This document shows, one piece after another, positions 39,094 through 52,552 of a stretch of DNA of 64,000 nt. Numbering within the stretch: the first letter of the stretch is position 1; every line of letters starts with the position of its first letter. Origin of the DNA: an uncultured Coriobacteriia bacterium. Its GTDB lineage: Bacteria; Actinomycetota; Coriobacteriia; Anaerosomatales; JAAXUF01. The stretch spans positions 210,239 to 274,238 of the forward strand of contig CAVSCC010000007.1 in the NCBI GenBank assembly GCA_963726345.1, written 5' to 3'. Below the pieces are notes generated by a model, which was not told the origin of the DNA, made no database searches, and saw only the letters and a list, made by a program, of their open reading frames with translations. The translations under genes and the position numbers were made by a program.

Positions 39094-40115
39094 CGAGATC
39101 ACGGGTCGAGCGTTCAGCCGTCTGCCGCAGCGTCTGAGGACGCCGTTCGCCGGTCGCTTCATCGTGTTCGCGTTGGTCGCGAGCGTCGCCGTGTTCATCG
39201 TGATGGTCGGAGCGATCGCCGCCCTGTTCGGCGACATGGTGGACGGGACGCCCGCGTACCTGGCAGTCGAGTCTGCACTGTGGGGCGCGCTCGGCGCCGC
39301 GACGGCCACCCTGCTCGCGCTGGTCGTCATCCCCTTCATCCGGGACGGCCTGGGACTCGCCGAGGACATCCGCCTCCTCGAAGCGGCCAGTCCGGCGCAT
39401 CCGCTCATGAAGGAGCTCATCACCAAGGCGCCGGGCACGTACGCGCACTCGGTCGCGACGGCGAACCTCGCCGAGGCCGCCGCCGAGGCGCTGGGTGCCG
39501 ACTCCCTGGTCACCCGAGTGGGCGCGTACTACCACGACATCGGCAAGATCAAGCGGCCGGTCTACTTCTTCGAGAACCAGTCGGGCGGCTGCAACCCGCA
39601 TGACGAGGCGAAGCCGTCGCTCTCGGCCCTCATCATCACCGCCCACGTCCAGGACGGGATGGTGCTCGCCGAGCAGTACAACCTCCCGGTCAAGGTCCGG
39701 GAGATCATCCGCCAGCACCACGGGACGTCGCTGGTGCGCTACTTCTACAACAAGGCCGCAGCGCTTGACGCCGCGGTCTTCGAGGCCGACTTCCGCTACC
39801 AGGGCGAGCACCCGACGTCCCGCGAGGCGGGGCTCGTCATGCTGGCCGACTCGAGCGAGGCGGCTGTGCGAGCGCTCAAGCAGCCGACCGAGCCGCGGGT
39901 TGAGGCCGTTGTTCGCGTCGATCGTCGACGAGAAGACCGCCGACAGCCAGCTCGATGAGTCGGGCCTGACCGTCGGCGATCTGGACCAGATCGTGTCGAT
40001 CTACTCGCACATGCTCGTGAGCATGTACCACGCCCGGTGCGAGTACCCGCCGGCCCCCGACCTGACCAGGAGGACGCCCGATGCTGATCCGCATCACCAG
40101 CCATCGCGAGCCTGA
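39080..40115 (+). CDS. Membrane HD-domain phosphohydrolase (PgpH/YqfF-like) (frame-broken: 1 shift)
   Basis: Two or three TM helices, then TYAHSVATANLAEAAAEALGAD...GAYYHDIGKIKRPVYFFENQ...IITAHVQDG...IIRQHHGTSL. +1 shift near 39905. Position between phoH and ybeY. Confidence 0.75.
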
Positions 40116-40530
40116 GGTCCTCGACCTCACCGCCTTTGAGCGGCTTGCGGCCTTCGCCCTCGATCGCGAAGACGCCCCCGAGAACTGCGAGCTTTCGATC
40201 GCCATCGTCGAACTCGCCGAGATGAGCGAACTCAACGAGACGTACCGCGGCAAGACCGGTCCCACCGACGTGCTGTCCTTCGGATGCGATGACCCGTGCG
40301 CGGTTCTCGGCCCTGAAGAGCCGGTGACCCTGGGGGACGTCGTCATCGCTCCGGAGGTCGCGTTGGCGCAGGCCGCGGAGTACGGACATACGGTCGAGGA
40401 GGAGTTGAACCTGCTCCTCGTCCACGGCGTGCTGCATCTTCTCGGCTACGACCACGAGGCCGACGAGGACGCGAGCGCGATGCAGGCGAGAGAGCGGGCG
40501 ATCCTGCTCGCGTGGTCGGCGGCGTCATAA
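40081..40530 (+). CDS. ybeY: Endoribonuclease YbeY
   Basis: Intact. AGGAGG RBS. TDVLSFG and the zinc-binding motif HGVLHLLGYDH. Confidence 0.92.
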   Translation: MLIRITSHREPEVLDLTAFERLAAFALDREDAPENCELSIAIVELAEMSELNETYRGKTGPTDVLSFGCDDPCAVLGPEEPVTLGDVVIAPEVALAQAAEYGHTVEEELNLLLVHGVLHLLGYDHEADEDASAMQARERAILLAWSAAS

Positions 40531-40538
40531 GTGGTTCA

Positions 40539-41250
40539 GTGAAGGCTCCCAAGAGCCGCTCCATCATCTGGAGCTTCAACTACGCCATCGAGGGCATGGT
40601 CTATGCCCTGCGCACCCAGCGAAACATGCGGATCCACGTCGCTGCCGCGATTCTCACCCTCGTCGGTTCGCTGATTCTGGGCGTGGATCGCTTCTCGCTT
40701 GGCCGCCATCGTCTTCGCCATCAGCCTCGTGTTCGTCGCCGAGCTCATCAACACCGCAGTGGAAGCGGCTGTCGATGTGGCGACCGACCGCTACGATCCG
40801 CTCGCGAAGGTCGCCAAGGACGTGAGTGCGGGCGCGGTGCTCGTCGCCGCGATGAACGCCTTGGTCGTGGCGTACCTGGTCCTCTTCGCGCCGCTCAAGC
40901 GGGTGGCGAAGAGAGGTCTCGGCTGGGTGACCATGGCCCCGACGAGCCTGACCGTCATCGCGCTGGGCCTCGTGCTGCTCGGGGTTCTGGTCTTCAAGTC
41001 CGCCTCGCGCGAAGGCACGTTCATGCAAGGGGGATGGCCGAGCGGACACACTGCGGTGGCCTTCGGCGCTGCGACCGCGATCGGATTCGTGACCGGAAGC
41101 GCGGGAGTCCTCGTACTGAGCTTGGGCATCGCTGCGCTGGTCGCACAGAGTCGCGTCGAGGGTGAGATTCACTCGATTCCGCAGGTCGTGCTGGGTGCGC
41201 TCCTTGGCATACTCATCGTGACCGTGGTCTTTCAGCTATTCTTCCGATAG
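40539..41250 (+). CDS. dgkA: DgkA-family (undecaprenol/diacylglycerol) kinase fused to a PAP2 phosphatase domain (frame-broken: 1 shift)
   Basis: N-terminal half: FNYAIEGMVYALRTQRNMRIHV...VFVAELINTAVEAAVDVATDRYDPLAKVAKDVSAGAVLVAAM (DgkA). C-terminal half: GGWPSGHTAVAFGAA...SRVEGEIHSIPQVVLGALLG (PAP2 PSGH and SRxxxxxH motifs). +1 shift near 40695. Confidence 0.75.
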
Positions 41251-41293
41251 ATACGGACTCGTCTTGGCCCCGACGCGTGACTCGGAGACCTGA

Positions 41294-42565
41294 GTGGTAC
41301 TGGTGATCATCGTACTCGTCGTGGCATTCGCCGTGCTCGGCGCCGTGCTCGCAGCGGCCGAGACCGCCGTGATGCTGCTTCCCGCCGGCCGAGTCCATCG
41401 GCTGGTCGAGGCGGAGCGCCACGGTTCTCGGTCGCTCGAGACACTCACGCAGCGCCCGCATCGGCTGCGTGCGACCTCCGCGTTCGTCGCAGCGCTCACC
41501 TTCGGGCTGTGTGTGGCGCTCGGCGTGTCGGCCGGCGCCGTCATCGCGATCGGGGGTCTCACGCTGCTCAGCATCACCCTCTACTCCGTCCTGCTGATCC
41601 TCGTCGTGTACGCCGTCGGGCAGGCGCTGCCACGCACGCTTGCGGTCGCCAACCCGGAGCGCATCGGGCTCGAGTCGGCCGCGGTCGCGCAGTTCGCAGT
41701 CACGGTGTTCTATCCGCTGGCGCGACTTCTCGGCGGTCCATGGCGCTGGGCGGTGCATCTGACCACCGACGAGCCACAGTCCTCGCCGTGGGTGACCGGC
41801 GTGGAGTACCGAGCGACGGAGAACGACGAGGACGCCGAACGTGAGGAGGCCGAGGAGGCGCTCCTCGAGGCGGTCTCCGACTTCGCCGAGAAGATCGTGC
41901 GCGAGGTCATGGTTCCGCGTACGGACATGAAGGCGCTGCCCGATACCGCGCTGGCGGCGGATGCGGTCAAGCTCATCGACAAGACCGGCTTCTCTCGGCT
42001 GCCCGTCTACCACGACTCCACCGACGACATCCGGGGCGTGCTGTACGCCAAGGACCTGCTCGTGGCGCTGGCGGCGGGCAAGGCCGATGGGCCGATCGGA
42101 CCGATGGCGCGCGCGCCGTACTTCGTTCCGGAGACCAAGCAGGTCGAGGAGCTGCTCTTCGAGATGCGCACCCGGACGCATATCGCCATCGTCGCCGACG
42201 AGTATGGTGGTACCGCGGGGCTGATCACGCTCGAGGATCTGCTCGAGGAGATCATCGGCGAGATATCGGACGAGTACGACCGCGAGGTGCCGCTGATCAC
42301 CGAGCTTGAAGGCGGTCGCTTCTCGGTTGATGCGCGGCTGCCGGTGGACGACCTCAACGAGGTGTTCGGTACCGATATCGACATCGACGCGGACTCGGTG
42401 GGTGGACTCTTCACCGAGGTGGCAGGCCGGATCCCCGAAGTCGGGGAGTCCGTGTCGGTGGATGGGCTCACACTGACCGTCAACGAACTGCAGGGCAACC
42501 GGATATGCCGACTCACGGTCGAGCCGGTCGCCGTCGAAGCCAACGAAGGAGACGAGCATGCGTAA
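41294..42565 (+). CDS. Hemolysin-family protein (DUF21 - CBS pair - CorC_HlyC)
   Basis: Intact 423 aa. N-terminal membrane domain, then VREVMVPRTDM...GFSRLPVY...HIAIVADEYGGTAGLITLEDLLEEIIGEI, and the C-terminal transporter-associated domain. Confidence 0.85.
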   Translation: MVLVIIVLVVAFAVLGAVLAAAETAVMLLPAGRVHRLVEAERHGSRSLETLTQRPHRLRATSAFVAALTFGLCVALGVSAGAVIAIGGLTLLSITLYSVLLILVVYAVGQALPRTLAVANPERIGLESAAVAQFAVTVFYPLARLLGGPWRWAVHLTTDEPQSSPWVTGVEYRATENDEDAEREEAEEALLEAVSDFAEKIVREVMVPRTDMKALPDTALAADAVKLIDKTGFSRLPVYHDSTDDIRGVLYAKDLLVALAAGKADGPIGPMARAPYFVPETKQVEELLFEMRTRTHIAIVADEYGGTAGLITLEDLLEEIIGEISDEYDREVPLITELEGGRFSVDARLPVDDLNEVFGTDIDIDADSVGGLFTEVAGRIPEVGESVSVDGLTLTVNELQGNRICRLTVEPVAVEANEGDEHA

Positions 42566-42977
42566 CCTGACCCAGCCCGACCTGGCTCTTCTCGCATTCG
42601 CCCGTGAGGTGCAGGAGAAGGCGTACGCGCCCTATTCGAACTTCCGCGTGGGCGCTGCGATCTACGCGAACGGGGAGATCTTCCAGGGCGTCAACATCGA
42701 GAACGCCGCATATGGGGCCACGATCTGCGCCGAGCGCTCCGCGCTTGCCGCGGCGGTGTCCGCTGGGTGCACCGACATCACGGGCCTCGCGGTCGTCGGC
42801 GACTCATCGTCGCCCACCTCGCCGTGCGGCTGCTGCCGACAGGCGCTCGCCGAGTTCAACCCGGACCTCCGCATCATCATGGGCGGAGTCACCGACGAGG
42901 TGCTCGTCATGACGCTCGACGAGCTGCTGCCCGAGGCCTTCGTCCGCGGCTACCTCGACCAGGACGAGACTCCTTAG
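42558..42977 (+). CDS. cdd: Cytidine deaminase
   Basis: Intact 139 aa. YAPYSNFRVGAA, CAERSAL and PCGCCRQ zinc-ligand motifs. Confidence 0.9.
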   Translation: MRNLTQPDLALLAFAREVQEKAYAPYSNFRVGAAIYANGEIFQGVNIENAAYGATICAERSALAAAVSAGCTDITGLAVVGDSSSPTSPCGCCRQALAEFNPDLRIIMGGVTDEVLVMTLDELLPEAFVRGYLDQDETP

Positions 42978-43911
42978 TGGCCGCTCCCAAACCCCCATCG
43001 AAGCGCCTGAGCACCGAGGAGACCCGGAGCGGGTTCGTCGCGCTGGTGGGCCGGCCCAACGCGGGAAGTCGACGCTGGCCAACGCGGTGGTCGGCACCAA
43101 GGTCGCCATCACCTCCGACACGCCGCAGACCACCCGACACCGGCTGCGGGCGGTGCTCGACCGCGATGACGCGCAGGTCGTGCTCGTCGACACGCCGGGG
43201 CTGCACAAGCCGCACGACGCCCTCGGCGAGGAGCTCAACCGCTCGGCGCTGAAGTCGCTCGAGGACGTCGACGTCGTCGCGATGCTGGTGGATGCGCGCG
43301 CCAAGATCGGCGGAGGCGACCGGTGGGTGGCGGAGCACGTGGCCAAGACGCGCGCCAAGAAGGTACTGGTGCTCACCAAGGCCGACGTCGCGACCGAGCA
43401 GCAGGTCATGTCGCAGCTCGCCGCAGCTCGCAAGCTCGTCGACTTCGACGAGGAGGTGGTCGTCTCGGCGATCGAGGGCTTCAACGTCGACGGCTTCGTC
43501 GAGACCGTCGTGCGCTACCTGCCGATGGGACCGCGCTGGTTTCCCCGCGACATGCCCACCGACCAGCCGCTCGAGGTCATGGTGGCCGAGTTCATCCGCG
43601 AGAAGATCCTTCGCAAGACTCACGACGAGGTGCCGCACGCGGTCGGCGTCGCGATCGACGACATCACGTTCGACGACAAGAAGGACCTCTGGCGCATCTG
43701 GGCCGTGATCTACGTCGAGCGAGACTCCCAGAAGGGCATCATCATCGGCAAGGGGGGAGAGGCTCTGAAGGCGACCGGCATCGAGGCACGCGAGGACCTG
43801 GAGCGCCTGCTCGGCGCGAAGGTGTACCTCAACCTCAGCGTCAAGGTTAAGAAGGACTGGCGTCGGGACTCGAGCCAGATTCGCCGCTTCGGCTATGGGG
43901 AGGGTGGGTGA
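42977..43911 (+). CDS. era: GTPase Era (frame-broken: 1 deletion in the P-loop)
   Basis: SGFVALVGRPNAG then, in the next frame, STLANAVVG. One base is missing near 43062. Also DTPGLH, TKAD and the KH domain IYVERDSQKGIIIGKGGEALK. Confidence 0.92.
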
Positions 43912-44600
43912 TCGGCGTGGATCTCACGTCGCTGGCACAGTCCATCGACCAGACACTACTCAAGCCCACGGTCGGGCTCGCCGAGGGTGCTGAATGGATC
44001 GCCGCCAATCGGGGCCACGGATTCGCCACGCTGTGCGTGTCGCCCTTCCTCGTGCCGACGGCAGCCATCTCGCTCGCTGGTACCGAGACCGCCGTGTGCT
44101 CGGTTGCGGGCTTCCCGCTCGGCTACGCGGTCACGGTCGCCAAGGCGCACGAGGCCGCGCTTCTCGCCGAACTCGGCTGCCGAGAAGTCGACATGGTCGT
44201 CAACATCGGCGCGCTTCTTGAAGGTGACGAGGGCTACGTGCTCGCCGACATCGGCGCTGTGGTCGCCGCTGTCGAGCGCGCGAGCTCCGGAACGTCGACC
44301 GTGAAGGTCATCCTCGAGACCGCATACCTCGAGGAGGCCGACATCGTACTCGGCTGCCGCCTGGCCGAGAGGGCCGGCGCTGCCTTCGTCAAGACGTCCA
44401 CCGGGTTCGGCCCGCGTGGAGCCAGCGTGCGCGACGTCGAGATCATGCGCGCGACCGTGGGCGCCGACATCGGCGTGAAGGCGGCCGGGGGGATTCGCGA
44501 TCTGGAGACCGCGCTCGAGATGCTTGACGCCGGGGCGAACCGGCTCGGCACGTCGGCCGGCATCGAGATCCTGGCCGAGGCGACCGCGCAGGGAATCTGA
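43908..44600 (+). CDS. deoC: Deoxyribose-phosphate aldolase
   Basis: Intact 230 aa. IDQTLLKP, VCSVAGFPLG, VKVILET, FVKTSTGF (Schiff-base Lys context) and VKAAGGIR. Confidence 0.85.
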   Translation: MIGVDLTSLAQSIDQTLLKPTVGLAEGAEWIAANRGHGFATLCVSPFLVPTAAISLAGTETAVCSVAGFPLGYAVTVAKAHEAALLAELGCREVDMVVNIGALLEGDEGYVLADIGAVVAAVERASSGTSTVKVILETAYLEEADIVLGCRLAERAGAAFVKTSTGFGPRGASVRDVEIMRATVGADIGVKAAGGIRDLETALEMLDAGANRLGTSAGIEILAEATAQGI

Positions 44601-45353
44601 TGTCCGTGGCGCGCGTATCCGGCGCGCGCACTCGTACTGCGCAAGACGAAACTCGGCGAGACCGACACGATCCTGACGCTCTTGGCAGCGGACGGGCACC
44701 AGGTGCGGGCGGTGGCCAAGGGGCTTCGCAAGCCGGGAGGACGTTTTGGCGCGCGTTTGGAGCCGTTCGCGGTCGTGGACCTGCTCCTTCACACGGGCCG
44801 CTCGCTCGACGTCGTCACCGAGGCGCAGACCGTCGCGACCCACGCGGCGCTCAGGGAGGACCTCGACCGCTCGGCGGCGGCATCGGTCGTGGTCGATGTG
44901 CTCGACAAGATATCGGTCGAGGGGCAGCCTGAGCCACAGCTCTTCGCGATGTCGACGACCACACTCGACGTGATGGAGCAGGCGCCTCCGGAATCTCTTG
45001 GCGCGCTGGTGCTCGCGTTCCTCGTCAAGGCCATGGCGATGCATGGCTACCGCCCCCAGCTGGAGTCCTGCGCCTGCTGCGCGCAGGAAGTCGGGGAGAG
45101 CCGGGAGTTCTCGGTGTCGGGCGGCGGTTCGCTGTGCCCGGAGTGTGGAGCGCTTGACGCGTCGACGGTTCACTTCAGCGCCGAGGGCCGGGCATGGCTC
45201 GAGCGGCTGATGCAGTCGCGGATGGCCGACGTGCCCGCGCTGGACATGCCCGAGGCGGCTGTGCGCGACTGCTTCGAGCTCGTGCGGGCGTTTGTCGCCT
45301 ACCACGTGCCCGCGCGTTTGCGCGCTCTGGACTACTACGCCGGCATGGCCTGA
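44600..45353 (+). CDS. recO: DNA repair protein RecO (frame-broken: 1 shift)
   Basis: ATG 44600 overlaps the deoC stop. After a +1 shift near 44613 it reads YPARALVLRKTKLGETDTILTLLAADGHQVRAVAKGLRKPGGRFGARLEPF. The zinc-finger pattern is CACC...CPEC. Confidence 0.85.
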
Positions 45354-45465
45354 CGCTCTCGCTCCGCGCCAGTGCGCTCGGCTCTGAAAGCGTGACCTTC
45401 ATGTAGAATGTGCGAGCACTTCTGAGGGGTTCGTTACTCGGCGTTTCTGAGGGAGATTCACATCC

Positions 45466-46395
45466 ATGGCCTTGACCTTCCAGGACATCATTCTCGCGCT
45501 TTCGCGCTACTGGGCCGACCAGGGCTGCGTGGTTCTGCAGCCCTACGACACCGAGGTCGGTGCGGGCACCTTCCACCCGGCGACGACGCTCCGCTCGCTC
45601 GGGACCCGACACGTGGCGCACCGCCTACGTGCAGCCTTCTCGGCGACCCACGGACGGCCGCTACGGCGAGAACCCGAACCGGCTGCAGCACTACTACCAG
45701 TACCAGGTGATTCTCAAGCCGTCGCCGGACAACGTGCTCGACCTGTACCTCGACTCGCTGCGCGTCATCGGCATCGATCCGGCCGAGCACGACGTGCGCT
45801 TCGTCGAGGACGACTGGGAGTCGCCGACGCTCGGCGCGTGGGGTCTGGGCTGGGAAGTCTGGCTCAACGGCATGGAGGTCACCCAGTTCACGTACTTCCA
45901 GCAGGTCGGCGGCTTCGAGTGCCGTCCCGTTCCCGCCGAGATCACCTACGGCCTCGAGCGGCTCGCGATGTACATCCAGGGCGTCGACAGCGTCTACGAT
46001 CTGGTGTGGTCGGTCGGCCCCGACGGCCACCGTTTCACGTACGGTGACGTCTTCTTGCGCAACGAGCAGCAGTACTCGGCGTACAACTTCGAGGTCGCCG
46101 ACGTCGACATGCTGCTCGGCCTCTTCACGACCTACGAAGGCGAGTGCCGCCGCACACTCGACGCGGGCCTCGTGTTGCCCGCCTACGACTACGTGCTCAA
46201 GTGCTCGCACGCATTCAACCTGCTCGACGCGCGCGGTGCCATCAGCGTGACCGAGCGCCAGGGCTACATCCTGCGAGTTCGCGCGCATCGCCAAGGCGTG
46301 CTGTGCGGCCTACCTCGAGCTCGTCACACCGCGCCGAGCAGACCGGGGACGCCGCCGCCGAAGAAGCCGTGCTCGCGGAAGGCGGTGAGCGCTGA
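45466..46395 (+). CDS. glyQ: Glycyl-tRNA synthetase alpha subunit (frame-broken: about 3 shifts)
   Basis: [46 protein letters not shown], then [34 protein letters not shown]...[25 protein letters not shown]. +1 shifts near 45605, 46285 and 46330. Confidence 0.92.
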
Positions 46396-48464
46396 TGACC
46401 CGCGATCTGGTCTTTGAGATCGGCGTCGAAGAGCTGCCGTCAGGCCCGCTCTACGGTGCCATCGAGCAGCTGCAGGTCTCCGTGCCCAAGGCGCTGGATG
46501 CGAGCTCGGCTCGAGTACGACACCGTCAGCGTCACCGGGTCGCCTCGGCGGCTCGTGGTCCGCGTCACCGACCTGTCCGAGGCGCAGCACGACGCCGTCC
46601 ACACCGCAAAGGGTCCGTCGGTGAAGGCCGCGTTCGCCGAGGATGGCACGCCGACCAAGGCTGCCGAGGGTTTTGCGCGGGGCAAGGGCGTGCCGGTGGA
46701 GTCGCTCACCGTGGTCGAGGACGACAACGGCGCCTACGTGTACGCGACGGTCGAGCAGAAGGGCGTCGCTGCGATCGACGTGCTGCCGGCCCTGCTCGCG
46801 CGGCTGACCGAGACCATCGAGTGGCCCAAGTCGCAGCGGTGGGGGAGCGGCGACGCGCGGTTCGCCCGCCCCGTGCGCTGGCTGCTCGCGCTCTTCGGCG
46901 GAACGGTGGTGCCGGTCGAGTTCGCCGGGCTTGTCGGCGGGCGGGTCACCTACGGGCATCGGCTGCTGGCTCCCGGGCCGATCGAGGTTCCTGCCGCCGA
47001 GGAGTACGCGGTCGCACTGGAGCGAGGTCACGTCGTCGCCGACCACACCCAGCGTGCGCGCCTGCTGCGCGAGGGAATCGCCACCGTTGCCGAGCAGCTC
47101 GGCGTCTCGGCGGTCGTGCCGGAGAAGACGTTTGCCGAGGTCGTGAACCTGGTCGAGTGGCCGACGGTAGGGGTGGGCACCTTTGACGAGGAGTTCCTCG
47201 CGGTCCCCCGCGAGATCCTTGAGAACGCGATGGGCAGCCACCAGCGCTACTTCCCGGTCGAGCGCGCCGACGGGTCGCTGGACAACCGGTTCGTCGTCGC
47301 CCACAACGGCGACCCCAAGCGCACTGAGGCCATCGTCCGGGGCCACGAGCGCGTGATTCGCGCGCGCCTGTCTGACGCCGCGTTCTTCTACCGCGACGAC
47401 CTCACCAAGCCGATCGAGTCCCTGGTGGAGCAGCTCGACACGATCGTCTTCCAGGACAAGCTCGGGACGCTCGGCGACAAGGTCCGTCGAACCGAGCGGC
47501 TCGCGGCAGCCATCGCCAGGCTCGTCGACGCGTCGCCGGACGAGACCGCGTATGCCGAGCGCGCGGCGCACCTCGCCAAGGCGGATCTCGTTTCCAGTGC
47601 GGTCATCGAGTTCACGGACCTCCAGGGCGTCATGGGCGGCTACTACGCTGCTGCCGCCGGGGAGGAGGCCGGCGTCGCCGAGGCGATCGTCGACCACTAC
47701 CGCCCGCGCTTCGCCGGCGACGACCTGCCGCGCTCGATGGCTGGCAGCATCGTCGCGATCGCCGACAAGCTCGACACGATCGCCGGCATCTTCGCGGCCG
47801 CATGGCCCCGACCGGATCCGCCGACCCGTACGCGCTGCGCCGCAGCGCCATCGGTGTGCTGCAGATGCTGCTCGCCGGGATACCGGCGACGCTCGACGAG
47901 CTGATCGCGGCCGCGCTCGCAGGCTACGAGGGCGTGCTCCCGTTCGACCTTCCCGGCACGGGAGCGGCCATCAAGGAGTTCTTCGTCGGCCGGCTGCAGA
48001 AGATCCTGCGAGACCGCGCCCACGCGTACGACACCGTCGACGCGGTGCTGGCGGTCGCCGCCGACGACCCCGCCGATGCGCTCGCTCGCTGTGAGGCGCT
48101 CACTGCGTTCCGCGCGTCCAGCACCGACATGGAGGATCTCTCGGTCGCGTTCACGCGGGCGAAGAACCTCGCCCGGGCCGAGCTGGGGACGACGGTCGAC
48201 ACCGCCATCATGGGTCCCGAGGAACTCGCGCTCGCCCAAGCGCTCGACCGTGCTGAGGCCAACGCCGCCGAGCTCGCCTCGGCGAGGGCGTACTCGGCGC
48301 TGCTGGAGACCTTCGCGGGACTGCGCGTCCCGATCGATGCCTTCTTCGAGGGCGTGATGGTGATGTCGGAGGTTCCCGCGGAGCGCGACAACCGGTTGCG
48401 GCTGCTGAACCGGTTCGTCGCGCTGTTCGGCACGTTCGCCGACTTCAGTCTGCTCGCCGGCTGA
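46395..48464 (+). CDS. glyS: Glycyl-tRNA synthetase beta subunit (frame-broken: 2 shifts)
   Basis: ATGA overlap with the glyQ stop. [54 protein letters not shown] and SADPYALRR. Shifts near 46500 (+1) and 47800 (-1). Confidence 0.9.
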
Positions 48465-48476
48465 CGGGGGAGCACC

Positions 48477-49296
48477 ATGCCGAAGCCAGTGACCATCCAC
48501 ATCCTGTCCGACTCGATCGGTGAGACGGCGGATGCGGTCGCGCGCGCGGTCGCGGCGCAGTTCCCCCGCGGCACGTTTCGGATGGAGCGGCTGCCCAAGG
48601 TCGAGACGACCGAGCAGCTGTGCGAGCTTGTCGACAATCACTGCGGCGAGAGCTGCATCTTCTTCTTCACGCTCGCCGAGGGTCCGCTCCGCGAAGAGAT
48701 GGACCGCTGCATCCGGGACCGCGGCGTCAAGGCGGTAGACATTCTCGGCCCCGGCGTCGACCTGCTCGCTCGGGCGCTCGGGTCTGACGCCTCAGGCGGT
48801 AGTCGGCGCGTACCGACTGCCCGACGAGGCCTACTACGACCGCATCGAGGCGATGGAGTTCGCGATCAAGCACGACGACGGCCAGCAGCCCGAGGGGCTG
48901 CTCGAGGCCGACGTCGTTCTGATCGGCGTCTCTCGGACCAGCAAGACGCCGCTGTCGATGTATCTGGCGTCCAAGGGCTTCCGCGCCGCCAACGTGCCGC
49001 TGGTTCCCCTGAGCGAACCGCCGATCGAGCTCTTCGAGGTCGATCCTCGGCGCGTGTTCGGGCTCATCAGCAGCGTCGAGACACTCACCGACATCCGCTC
49101 CAAGCGCATGGACGAACTGGGTTCATACGTCCCCGGCTATGCGGAGCGGGAGCGGGTCGAGGTCGAACTCGAGGAGGCGCGGGCACTCATGCGCCGTATC
49201 GGCTGCCTGATCGTTCGCACCGACAACCGGGCGATCGAAGAGACGGCGCAGGACATCATTCGGTACCTGAAGGGCAGGCTGCAGACCGCAGACTGA
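48477..49296 (+). CDS. Pyruvate, phosphate dikinase regulatory protein (PSRP/DUF299 kinase-phosphorylase) (frame-broken: 1 shift)
   Basis: IHILSDSIGETADAV..., AYYDRIEAMEFAIKHDDG and VVLIGVSRTSKTPLSMYLASKGFRAANVPLVP (P-loop). +1 shift near 48780. It lies directly upstream of ppdK. Confidence 0.85.
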
Positions 49297-49380
49297 TACG
49301 CCCTTTGATGCGTGTTGTCGCACGAATGGGTGCGGTATCATGCAGCACAGTCTTGTCACCGGCACTTGAAGGAGACGGCA

Positions 49381-52129
<2,749 letters not shown>

Positions 52130-52146
52130 CGTCGAGCGACACATAT

Positions 52147-52175
52147 GCCCCGGCCGCGCGTGCGGCGGTCGGGGC
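52147..52175 (+). terminator. Possible terminator hairpin after ppdK
   Basis: GCCCCGGCCGC / GCGGTCGGGGC stem (one G:U pair) with a 7-nt loop, 18 nt after the stop. CTTCTTT follows only after a gap, so this is a weak call. Confidence 0.35.
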
Positions 52176-52201
52176 CGTGAGCTTCTTTGAGGGGGAAGCG
52201 C

Positions 52202-52531
52202 GTGAAGGGTACCAAGCTCTGGCAGTCCGCGGGATCGCCCATCATCCAGGGTCGGTCCAGGCGCCAGCGTCCTTCATGGCAGCAGTGGCTTCCTGCCTCG
52301 CTCGTAGTCGCAGCCCTCGTCATCGGCTTCCTGTTCGCGGTCCCCAGTGCGGGTAGCGGCTCGCCCTGGGCGGTCCCGAGCGGGGTCGTGGGCGGGCTTC
52401 TCGGCGCCGTGATAGGGGTTGAGATGGCCCGCGCCATGGGTTGGCGCTTCCCCGTGCTGTGGGGAATCATCCTCGGCGTTGTGGGCGCGGCTGCGCTTCT
52501 CGCCGTCGGCGTGACGGTGCTGCCCGCGTGA
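52202..52531 (+). CDS. Hypothetical small membrane protein
   Basis: GAGGGGGA RBS and GTG 52202. Basic N-terminus, then three predicted TM helices (LVVAALVIGFLFAV, VVGGLLGAVIGV, LWGIILGVVGAAALLAV). No family recognised. Confidence 0.45.
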   Translation: MKGTKLWQSAGSPIIQGRSRRQRPSWQQWLPASLVVAALVIGFLFAVPSAGSGSPWAVPSGVVGGLLGAVIGVEMARAMGWRFPVLWGIILGVVGAAALLAVGVTVLPA

Positions 52532-52552
52532 CCGACGCCGCATCCGGACATC

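Noticed and set aside
45354-45465. A T-box riboswitch upstream of glyQS (as in Bacillus), and likewise upstream of leuS (22266-22354).
   Set aside because: The leaders are only about 110 and 90 nt long. I could not find a specifier-loop and T-box (AGAGA ... GGTGGNACCGCG-like) arrangement or a terminator/antiterminator pair. They are too short for a T-box.
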